64,000 nucleotides of DNA, taken from positions 2,858,684 through 2,922,683 of the forward strand of contig CAJFCJ010000019.1 of assembly GCA_904063045.1 (NCBI GenBank), written 5' to 3'. The translations under genes were made by a program, and so were the position numbers. Shown piece after piece: positions 37,327-48,477 of this stretch. Every line of letters begins with the position of its first letter. The stretch's first letter is position 1. Source of the stretch: Dimorphilus gyrociliatus (taxonomy: Eukaryota > Animalia > Annelida). The notes beneath the pieces are model-generated. The model was given only the letters and a program-made list of their open reading frames with translations. It ran no database searches and was not told the origin of the DNA.

Positions 37327-38257
37327 AATACTGTAGCAGAGTTATTTTCATAAGATAGTGGAAGTTTGTCATCTTAACCTGAACAGAATTGTGCAAGATA
37401 TACTTCAAGAATCGTTCATTGATTACATTATAAAAATATTAGAGTTAAATATGAAATGTTACATTAATAAACATATATTTATATTATGGTAAACTACAGA
37501 TACGAGTGTAAAGCTATTTATATATTTCTACCAGAGCCAAGCTGTCAAAGTCTGTATTTAATTACTTTATATGAAGTTTTATTTGAAATTAAAATATTAT
37601 ATGATCTTAAAGCTAAATTAAGCTTAATTTTATTGGCTTAGTATGAATGAAAGCAGGCTAAATTTACACATTTATATATTAGTGTTAATTTTTAATTTTC
37701 AGATTTATGAGTACCACATAAATACGAGACCATTGAGTACAACATCCTTCGTTTCTTTTTGCTCTTTCATCAAAAACAAATTATATTAAAACAACATAAA
37801 AAAGATTCCCAACTTTTTATTCTTTGTTCAACTTTTTTTCTATCTCGTCTTCGCTTCGTTTTAAAGAAAAGATTTTAGAAAAAACTTAACATTAAAACTC
37901 TTCAGCGATACGAATAGACAAATGCCAAGTAATTGTGAATAAATTGTCGTTGATAATTTGTCCACCGTCAAGCTGAATCTATCGACACGCAAAACACGCC
38001 ATCTAATACAAATCTACAGGAAATGCATTAATACTTCTGTTATAGAGCAAATTGAATACATTTATAAAGATGCTTGATAACTTAAAGCTTTGTTTCTAAC
38101 CAACTAAAAATCTAGGTGAAATATTCTTCACCTTTTTAGTGAAAGAAATGAAAACATTCTACAATAACGTTTAAAAACGTTTAGAAAAACAGCAACGTAT
38201 CACACGATAACAACATTTTCCTTTGAATGTTACATCCTTGTTTTGACGTTTTTTTGT

Positions 38258-39853
38258 TTATCTCTCATACTTTATGTTATTCTTTAAGTTAGCTTTTAAA
38301 GCAGCTTTCTCTTCCTTAACCTCGCATTTCGTTGAATTAGTGAAATGAACCGTTGTTAATTTAACGGTCTCCCCACTCTCCTCTAAAATAGCAGTCGGCT
38401 TTCGAAGACAAGCAGGTAATAACAGTAATTTAAGCGTATTTCTAAAATTAGGATTGACGAAGCAATATAATATAAAATTAAAGGCAAAATTGACACTCTG
38501 ACCGACATTCGCAAAAGCTAGAAGCATGTTGTACCCCGGGGTCATTCTTCTTTGGGTACCAATCTCTTTGAGAAGTTTCATAATCTCGGTTGGAACTACA
38601 AGTACAATAAACGAAATAACTATGACCACAAGTGTAAGAGTTACACGTCTTGTAGACTCACGCTCCTTACGATTATTATCATTTCGAAATTGGCCTCTCA
38701 TTTTCGTTGAAGTTTGAAGGGCACGAATCAAATGCACGTTACAATAAAGTAAAATTATCAGAGGAGCAAATATTCCAAAGAGGCTGAATGACCACTCGTA
38801 CGCTAATGATAGAACACCGTGTTTCTTCATGAAACCTTCAGCCAAATAGAATACGCTAAAGTTTCCAACACATTCCATGCTGTTAGCAACCTCATAGAAC
38901 AATCGGGGAATATTTAAGACAATACCCATAAACCATATCAAGGATACGAGTACTATGCTGGTTTTCGTTCTTACAACAATTCGAGCTCGGATAGGTTGTA
39001 AGATTGCAACGTAACGCTGCAAAGCTATATAAACAATCAGTAGAGTTCCTGTTAATATAAACACGTTCACTAAGGTATTATGATATAATTTATAACACAA
39101 TTCGAAAGAGTAGTAGCCAAAACTGAATTGTTTTTGGTCTATCCAAGCTTCCGGTAGGAGAATACAGCACAAAAATAAATCCGAGACAGCCATTGAACAG
39201 AGTCCAATGTTGGCACTTCTCTCCAAATTACCCATACGATTCTGTAAACTTCTTCTAGTCAAAACCAGCAAGTTTAATATATTACCAATGATTCCAAAAC
39301 AACAGATAGAAGATAGAATATACTTTTTAACATAAAGTTCGACAACTTCTTCAGCTATATTATCAATAGTCTTATTAGCTCCATATCCTTTGGAATTATT
39401 AGAGTTTGCCAATGACAGTGGGATACAAATCACCATGTTGCCTTTTGTGATATATATTTTTTATGGTGATCTAGTGGCGTCACCTGTGTCGCTGTCGTTA
39501 GATTTTGATGAACTGTTGATGAAGAACTATAGACAGGAGATAATTAAGGATAATTAAGGAGAAATTAGAATTAGAATTTAGTAAAATAATTTATGTATAA
39601 TACATAATTTTTCATTATAAAAATATGAATCTAAAGGTAAGTTAAAAACCCTTAAAGAATAAGGCATACAAATTAATACATCCCAATTATAAACACAAAT
39701 TCTTCCGTAAGGATAGAATTGTCTCGGAGACCATACAAAAACACCCTTGTAAGGAATAATAGTTTAATTCATCTTTTTTATTTGATGAAGTTGATATATC
39801 GGCAAAGAAGGAAGATTTTTAAAATTTCTAATAATGGAATATTACTTTACCAT
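38258..39853 (-). CDS. Class A peptide GPCR, FMRFamide-receptor-like (~409 aa)
   Basis: The main exon 39441-38258 encodes 7 TM: GIIGNILNLLVL, MAVSDLFLC, ALQRY (DRY position), FAPLIILLYCN, RRVTLTLVVIVISF..P, NFAFNFILYC. Two upstream exons are inferred with lower confidence: 39853-39851 (ATG) and 39526-39484 (FFINSSSKSNDSDT, with N-glycosylation sites). Confidence 0.9.
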
Positions 39854-40332
39854 TTACATTTAATTGAAATACAAACAATATAAAGATATAATTAAAGATA
39901 GGTTTGCATAATATAAAAGTTTTTAATTAACACAATAAATATTTTATATGTACAAGGAAAAACAACAACCTCCACTTTCCTATAAATCGACTGATAAATC
40001 CTATACTATTAAAGCTAGAGGAAGAAATCGGAATAAAAACATTAGGTGAACTTTTCATTAACTTTTTATATTGAAAACAAATAAAAGAACTGTAATTCCA
40101 GATATTTTGATGCTATCTTCTATTTTTATGTATTAAAAATATAAATTCAAACTTCATATCGACTGTAAAATGTCAATAGTCTGTAATTTACTTTTGTGTT
40201 AATTCGTTTGTGACAATATAGAGGGCGCTAGTATCTTATCAGTACCAGGTGAAAATTTGGCAAAAGAAATTCTTATCATCGTTTACCTGTTAATATGACA
40301 TAGAGATCAAAAAAATTGAATGAATCTCCGTC

Positions 40333-41120
40333 ATGTTGGGGTATAAAGCTGCGTCTTCCTCTTTAAAATTAGCTTTGGGACTACAATTATTTTCTTTTTG
40401 GATACAAATTATAGCTTATGCGACTCCTTATTGGGCTACGAAAGATGTTGATTACGCTGGACTATGGAAAGCCTGTAATAAATTAAAAACTGAGTGGACT
40501 TGTTATGAAAGATTCAATGTTTGGGTAGCAAGTAAATCATAAGATTTTGAATTTTCACAATAGATTATTCTAAATCATATTTCTTTCAGGCTGGTTGCAC
40601 GTCGTTCAAATATTCATGACTCTAACGATAACTCTCCACTTTGTCACCCTCCTCTGTATTTTGTGCTATTTGTTTCAGGTACAATTTTATATAGATAAAC
40701 GGTTAATATTTTGGGGATTCTGTGCAAGCATTCTTGGAAGTAAGTTATAATTGGATTAGATAATAAAGTATACATTAACAGACTTTTTATTGATTTTTCC
40801 ATACAGCTATTTTTAATCTAATAAGCCTCATTCTCTTCCCGGCCAAACAGTATTTTGGAAATGGCGAAACACTAAATTGGTCTTATTTCTTCTCCTGCTT
40901 GGCATTTTTCTTGGCAGTACCAGTAGCGTTTTTTCTTATAAACGAATTAAAATCGCAACAGAAACCGTTGAACAATTCGAGAATCTATGAACTACAAGCG
41001 TCACTACTTCACAACACAGGAAACCCTAATGCGGACTCGTCAACAAGCACAAATCCATCATTTTTCAGAAACTATAGAGAAAATTTTGGCAGTAAATCGT
41101 CGCCTTTATTAGATGCATGA
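40333..41120 (+). CDS. Claudin/PMP-22/EMP-family tetraspan membrane protein (220 aa)
   Basis: Exons 40333-40531, 40590-40739 and 40807-41120 (663 nt). There are four hydrophobic segments, and the first loop carries W...GLWKAC...C (ATPYW...YAGLWKACNKLKTEWTC); the WSYFF motif precedes TM4. Confidence 0.88.
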
Positions 41121-42734
41121 AGATCTTCCCAAATGGAGAATTCTTGACAAACATATTTTGCTTTGTTTTTTTTTAAAAAAAAAGATTTTGTAATACTTCT
41201 TTTCATAAAAGCTATTTAACATTCCAAATATTAGTAGTCATGTTGCCTGTAAGTGCTTGTCTAGTAAATAAATATGATTAAAAGTTGTAACGATATTATA
41301 TACCTTTCAACTAAAATTTGCATATAGCAACTAAGTAGAATGAGATACAATTTGCTCGATTCACCCACGTGACTAGATTATACAAATTTAGAATTTCCAT
41401 AAAGAATCGTTGAAAGAAGACAATGATAAATAATCAACTATTCTATCTAATCTTCTTTCAGAATTAAATTGACCAAAAAGTTAGCAATAGAGTAATTTAT
41501 TTATAAAAGGGAAGCTTTGTACAATATGAAATTTTTTTTGTGGCATGAACAGCAAACTCTAATTTTTTAATTATTATATTCAAAGAAATGCTTAAAGCGT
41601 TTTACTTTAAAGATTTCTCATAATTAGATTAAAAAAATCTCTAATTCTATGAACGCATTTATAGGATTACCTAGATACTTTGTCCTTCTCTCAATTTCTA
41701 ATATTACAATAAACTAAAAGGATGAAAAGGCCTTTAAAAATATTTCTTATTGATTAGCTAGATAGATATTAGCCAAAAGTAATATTTAAAGAATACGGGT
41801 TTATATAGAGCGTTGTATTTTGGTTAAATATTCATCATTTTAAATCTAAAGAATAAAATATATATAAAGTTTCAATCTATAACGATAGACGCTTAGCTTT
41901 CGTATTGTTTTTGTTTTTTTGAAAAAACAAACTTTCGAAATTTTAGCCCATTGTTCTTAAGTACTTTTTCATAAGGAATTACTTTAAAACATCTCGGATG
42001 AAGCATCTCTCATAGCAGCTATAACTTTTAGGTAATGATCATCTTCCGTGCTTTATATAGAACGTTTATTTTTTCTTACTTATTGCTATTTTGCCAACTC
42101 ACTATCATTTTCTAATAATTACGTACGCTTTTAAGATATTCAAAATAACATGATTATGATTTAGATGATTAGATATCATGCAAGTATACAAACACTTAGA
42201 TATATTCTCTTTAATTAAATCTACTTAAATTAGTTCATTCGAAATTGGTTTAAAGGTCTAAAAGAGTTTGTTTGATAAACTTACTTATAAGTAAAAGAAA
42301 AAAAATTTCTCGTTCCTTCTTCTTCCTTTCTTTGTCACAATAAAATAACGCAAAAACATACAGTTGATGTTGAGGTTCCGTTATCAGAGTATGATTTGAC
42401 TAAGCGCCCGACCGAAAGATGTCGTGTTAGCATATTGGGAAGGTAAAAGTATTTTAGATAACCGAATGCGTCATTAAGTTTATACTTACATTGTACGAAT
42501 ATATAGGTCAAAAGTAACAAAACAACAAAAACAAAAATGGTTGTTGTTTAAAGTGTCGACCAGTTTTGATGAAAAAGATGTTTTGTCTAGTATAAAGCTG
42601 TGGTATATAATTTAGGATAGAATATTCATGTTGAAGGAAATATGTAAACAAATTAGCGTCACTTCCAACCAGATGACAGATATGTATCTTGAATGAAGCA
42701 GTCAAAGTTTTCTTATTAAAATACTCATATAACG

Positions 42735-44260
42735 ATGGCAGTCAACTGGAACTCAGTGTACGAAAGGAGTTAAGCTAATGTTTAATACCCATTTTAAATT
42801 CAACAGAGCATCTCTCTTTAAAGATCTTATAAAAAAAATAGCTGATTACATAACCTATTTGCCTAAAGATAAGAGTTTTAGCAAACTTTGTAAACATTAT
42901 TCTTTTACTCTTATTTATTATATAACTTTTGGAATTTTACATTGACAAAATCATGTATATTTTCATGTTAATACCCATATATATAGTGTCATAATTATAT
43001 TACAACACCTTCCATACATAAATTATTTATATAATTATATATATATATATATTACTTTTATATAATTGTCTTTTTCTATAACTAGAAAAGCATCCATTCA
43101 TTTGAATTTCTAGACATTATAACTAATTAACAAATGACATTAAGGTAGAAAAATAATTCACAATTTATACCAATGATATAATACATTGAATTGTTGATAT
43201 AATCCCATTTACGTAAGAGAAATCAAATTAACAAAATTATGATTTCTGCTTACGTTATAGAACTAATCATGACATCATACCTTTTGTAGATTTTCAGCTA
43301 TTCAATTTATTGCATATATTATGTAACATTCAATGTAAGGAGGAAGACTTCAAAAACGTAAAAGAGCTTTTTATTGAGTGGACTTGAATGGGAAAAGAAC
43401 GCAGAATATTTTCGCTATCTCTCTGAACCTTACTCTCAATAATTTAGTTCAGATGTTCATTTACTCTTTCAAAGGCTATAAGTTAATAGGAATAATCACT
43501 ATTTAATCGTCCAAAAACCAATTGAAGGCTCTGAGAAGTATTAAAATTGTTTAGAAAATATAGAAGAAAAAGTATATACAATAGGGAAAGTTGTCCCAGC
43601 AGCCAGCATATCTAAGCATTAGAAATTCGCGGTTATAACGGTCTACGGAAGCTGCTATACAAAAGATATTTTTCATGCAGACTAAGCAAGAGGACCATCA
43701 AAGAGAACAAAAGTTAAGCAGCATATTCAAATTAGATACCCACAAAGTTGGCATTCTATTTTGGTATTAATTGTTCACCTTTGAATATAGTTCGCGTTCA
43801 TACAGCTAGTTAAGATTGAAAAATAATATAATCTTAATATATACTTGAAAAGAGCCAAGATTCTTTTAATTAACTATTGGCTGTTATAATGGTACTCAAT
43901 TAACGTATGAATCAGACAAAGAAAGTTGAAAATATACCAAAGAATTATTATATATTTCAAACGTTAAACGGATGGGAGAAAGAATAAATTAAGGTTTTGA
44001 GTAAGCAGAAGATGAGGGCTTCATGTTCACCAAGTATTCTTCATAAATCGAGGTTTGATTCTGAATGACTTTCATTTTTCAAAAGTAACTCATAAGATTT
44101 ACTTGGAGAGCAATGGATTCTGACAAAAGAATCAATAATTGATCATGATTTAATGCGCGCTGCTCGAGTTCACCTGGTCATCATTATCAATTACAATCTG
44201 CTGTTCTTTCGAGAACAATTTATCGATCCTATCAATTTAATTAAACATTTCTTTTGAATG
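42735..44260 (+). pseudogene. Decayed multi-exon gene of unrecognised family
   Basis: Protein-like fragments occur in changing frames with in-frame stops: MAVNWNSVYER; ASLFKDLIKKIADYITYLPKDK; DFQLFNLLHILCNIQCKEEDF; LSGLEWEKNAEYFRYLSEPYSQ*...KFAVITVYGSCYTKDIFHAD*ARGPSKR; DLLGEQWILTKESIIDHDLMRAARVH. Some fragments are bounded by acceptors (e.g. AG at 43288-43289). Confidence 0.45.
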
Positions 44261-44432
44261 ACCCAAAAACATGGTAGAAAGGAGCAGTTGATTTCTTTGT
44301 GAAAAAATGTAAACACTAGATGGCGTTCTATTTGAAAAATTGACTAGGATTGTATTATGAATAAATAAAAAGTTCAAGAAACCATAAAGAAGAAATTGTA
44401 ATAAACTCTGCTTAGAAACAGTTTATGCATTT

Positions 44433-47400
44433 TTATAATTGACCCAAAATCTTAATGGACGAAGTGTCACTTAATGAGGAATCGCTGCAGCCATCGGGCA
44501 CCTGCGAACCATAAAAATTTGAACTAAATTGTTCGAGCTTTCTCTTAATTTCTCTTCTCCTTCTCTTTGTTAATTTAGTATTTGATTCCTTGGTTTGTCT
44601 CAAAACCGTTTTTGGTCTACCCTTTTTATCGTAGAAATAAATGAAGTCATTATCTTCTCTGACATTCTTTGTCGATATCTTCTTTGATATAGGTATAGGA
44701 ATCTCAGGAACTCGAAATTGACCCCGTTCATCTCGCTTTATCCTGTGAAAATTACTATTAGTTCTATCCACCTGTAAGGCTCTCCTTTTAGAATGAGGTA
44801 CAGGTTGGAAGGCAGACGGCAGACACTCGTCAGAGTTTGGAGAGTTATCAGGGGCTGTCGGGTCATTCCCATTTACTTCACTTGCACACGTGGCGTTTGT
44901 AGACAAATGAGCCTTGTCAGGAGATTCAAATAAATTTGACTCTTGAAGACCAAGAGCTTCTTTTGGTCTAGCAAGTGACGTTTGACCTGTTTGTCTTTTC
45001 AGAATGCGCATCCGAGCCTTTAGCGGATCGTAGATACGAAGTGGAAGATTAATGTTATCGTCGTCATTAAGGTCGTCTTCATCGCTGCATTCGCTAAGAT
45101 AAGAACTGTCATAGTCAGTAGCTACTAGTCCAATTTTCTTACTACTAGCAGGAGACGCTTTGTTAAAAATACAAGGTCCTCCAAATTTGGGATGCAGGCC
45201 ATGCTCTTTACACAATTTCTTGCTTCCACTTCTCGAATTGGAACTTCTAGAAGTTGACGTGGAACTTTTAAAGCTGTCGCTTCGAATTGCAGCCTTATCT
45301 AATGTTTTGACGCTATCAACGAATTCATCTTCACCTCCTTCCGTTTTCGGTTTATCTATGGTATCGATGATGTCATCGAACTGATCTGAGTTCAGGGTGG
45401 AATGCAGAGGGTAATTAAGCGTTGAATGAAGCGGATAATTGAAAGTTCCGTCGAAGAAGAGATTGGAATTTGACGTTCTTTCGTGTCGTAAATTAGCCGA
45501 CGTTTTTGAGATAAGAGAGATATCTTGAATTGAAGGCGGCGTGTCCGGGTCGAAATTCGACGAATTTGTCCATACGGAGGTTTGTGCGCCATCTGTTGGT
45601 TCTCGTAATTGTTCTTTTGCCTTAGGCATAAAAGAGAAATCTTCGCTAATGGAAGTCAATTGCTTTTTAGAACACCTGCAACTTCGATGAAGTTTCGAAG
45701 GAGGAGAAATGTTTTCCTTTTCAGCTTCATCTAACTTCTGCGATTTTCTCTTTGTCCTCAATCGGGTTCGTCTTGAATCGTAGGTAGCTCGAACTTTAGC
45801 GCGTGACGGCGACATGGTTTCCATCTCCATCGTATCAGATTGATGGCCAGATAGTCTTGTCTCTTTTTCAAATTTGTTTTGAGTATGAAGAACGTTCAAG
45901 AAAGCTTCTTTAATTAAGTTGACTTCTAGCTTTACTCTAAGGCTCTCTTGGATAATTTCAAGCTGAAAGGGGAGGAATGCGTCAAATTAAGGCTGTATAT
46001 ACATTAGGGAATAAGGTCGTCGTCGTACGCGAACACTTTGCAAAGTGTTGAAATGAAAACATTTCGACGGCTTTGTCAAGCGTTTTCTCATGCTGCCACC
46101 AGATAAGATCCGTATAAAAATGACAGAAGAAAGGACGACTTAATTTATCACTCGGAAACATGCAGGTATATAACGTCGGTCGAACGCACGTGGCGAAGTT
46201 GTGCGTGTATATTATACGATTTCCTACGCCTGCATTGGCGTGAAACACTATGGTATGGGGGAAAAAACGGTAAAAAACCGGGGTCAGTTTTCAAACGTCT
46301 TGATATTTTTTACGGCGACCCAAAATCTGTTTTGTCTTATCGCTTAATCGCCTTAAAAATAAACAAATTTCCCATGTCATTCTATTTAGGGAATAACGAG
46401 TAAGCGGCAGAAAATTGCAAAGGTTACGAGGTAGACTTATATTGGCCATTTTTACGACGTCACAGTTACGTCAGCGATGTAGCACGTGTGAACGGTCGGT
46501 CGAGTGTTCATTAATGACGTCGACACCTGCTAAACTAACAAGCTGAAGTAGGCCGTTGAAGAAAGAACGCCCCTCTCTGTGCCAAAAGACTGCTCGTCGA
46601 ACCGTTATATATGCGCCTTGTGACAAGGTTAGCGGAGGAGACTTTAATACGCTTATAAACGTTGCGTGACATAGTCGTATTTCATTTGTTAAAATATTCA
46701 TGCACACGGAACCGATACGCTTAATTGCGCACAGTAATTATGCGTCTTGCTAGGAAGATATGTCTTTGTCATAGTCAATGTTACATAAGGCGGCCGTAAG
46801 AAATTAAAGAGTCAAGAGCGCACCTGGAACAGGATTTCTCTTTCAATTAATTGAAATTTGTGTAATAAATCGAAAACTTCTTACCCCAGGGCTAAAGTAA
46901 TGCGGGACAATGGCAGAAAACATTACGAATATTAAAAATGGACACTGACCCTACTGACCCAACCGGCCATTACCCGGGAGACAGTCGAGTGCCTTTCGAA
47001 TAATGATGAGGCAGATGGTTATAAAGAATCATAATTTTAGATTATAAAAAAAGCGACCTTAGCATCATTAGCGCCTCATTATAAAGCATTATACATCTGC
47101 GAGTAGTTTTTATATATTCACTTTTTACTCTTAATGTTTACCACAATTATCCTATCAATATATTTATAACCGAAGTGAACGAGAGAAAACGTTCGAAAAA
47201 TGTAATTAATAACGATTTGGTCAGAGAAGTCAGTTGTAAAATTCGACCTATCGACACGGTGCTGATTGACATGATGAAAATAAATTACTACAAGTCGTGA
47301 TCGGAATTTTTCTCACAATCTGAGTTTCATCATACTCCCTACTATTCGTCAATATTTTTTTTACAGACAACGCGGCTTTGATGTAATACGTTAATGCTTA

Positions 47401-47536
47401 GCTGGCGGCTCATTTATCTATATGAAACTCGACCGGTTCATCTAAACAACGACGCACTATATTCATAACCCGACGACTAGTACGACTTCCTGCGTCGAAT
47501 GAATTAGAAAAATATTCGGAATGTTCAACTTACCAT
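44433..47536 (-). CDS. Orphan, largely disordered S/D/K/R-rich protein (~510 aa) with cell-cycle-type linear motifs (KEN box, tandem PLHST, DSSYLS, basic NLS)
   Basis: The frame is open for 510 codons from a phase-0 acceptor (CCCCTTTCAG, exon starts 45962) to the stop at 44433. The best start is an ATG at 47536-47534 immediately followed by a GTAAGT donor. An optional internal exon ending at 46540 cannot be excluded. Synonymous divergence inside the peptide repeat supports translation. Confidence 0.8.
45393..45440 (-). repeat. 24-nt tandem coding repeat encoding NYPLHSTL twice
   Basis: Unit 1 is AAT TAT CCG CTT CAT TCA ACG CTT; unit 2 is AAT TAC CCT CTG CAT TCC ACC CTG. The peptide is identical and there are six third-position differences. 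Confidence 0.95.
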
Positions 47537-47930
47537 ACGCGTTTTAGTTTCAAAATACGATCTCTTCAATCCGTCGTTAGATTTAATTTCCTTTCCTTCC
47601 ATAATACGTTTCTAGCATAGCCGGGAAAAACTGTAACAAAAAAAAAGCACCCACATTTTTATGCACGTTTCAAAAAATGTCTTCTTAACGAGGTAAAAGT
47701 TTTTTATCCTTAAAGTTTTTTACCAACTACCTTTTTATCAGAAAGTCACCTGAACGCATGCAGTTGTTAAACTGATATAACGGGGGAGGGGAGAGCTCTC
47801 ACGCCTAAATGAAAACGTGTCAGCTGTTGCGCGATCTTTACTTTCTCCCGGCGACGCGATTCAAAAAACTACGATTTGAAAGAGAAAACTGAAGTGAGAC
47901 GCGCGCGCGCGACTAGAGAAGGAGACTTCA
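47537..47930. promoter_or_regulatory. Putative bidirectional promoter with a (CG)n tract
   Basis: It lies between head-to-head ATG/GTAAGT first exons (47536 minus, 47931 plus). It contains GGGGGAGGGG, TGTCAGCTG (47818-47826) and CGCGCGCGCGCG (~47900-47911). Confidence 0.45.
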
Positions 47931-48477
47931 ATGTCCAGTAAGTTTGCGTTCGTGCAGGGGAATATTAAAACGGAAGTTTACGCATTCCTGACGCGCATTA
48001 CGATGCTTTCAGATCGGAGCAAAAAAATTGTCAACTCACTTAAACATCAAATAGAAAAACTGGCACGTTCAAATGAAATTTAAACGTCGCTTCTAGTCCA
48101 CTTAGGAATTGTATCTAGAGCAGATTTACTGATGGAACGTGCGATAGAACACCGAATACATAAAACAGAAGTGCAAATAGTACACCACCGGTCCGCCCGC
48201 CTACCAACCTCTCATAATTCCCCGTTAGTTTTTCTTACGTCATATTCAACTAGAAAGTGAAATTGGGAAACGGATTTGTTCGATTCAAGACAAAACGTGT
48301 CAGACGCTAATGAGCCGACGAAAATTAGCGGCGCGGAGAGAAAGCGAAGAAAAATGGCAAAATGAAAATTTAAACCAGTCTTCACGTCTCCCAAGGAATG
48401 TCTTTGAAGGATGCGGCTACGAATTAATCATACCAGGAGCTTTTCGCTTCGTTACTATTAATTATGGGGAGGAATAG
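47931..48477 (+). CDS. Candidate small two-exon gene (76 aa, MSKSEIGKRICSIQDKTC...), not in the ORF track
   Basis: ATG TCC A|GTAAGT (47931-47937, perfect donor) splices in frame to a pyrimidine-rich acceptor (TTTTTCTTACGTCATATTCAACTAG, 48253). The downstream frame stays open to TAG at 48475-48477. No family was recognised. Confidence 0.4.

Noticed and set aside
47855-47880. CHR-like TTTGAA/TTCAAA cell-cycle promoter elements
   Set aside because: The hexamer is too frequent in AT-rich DNA to be informative without conservation data.
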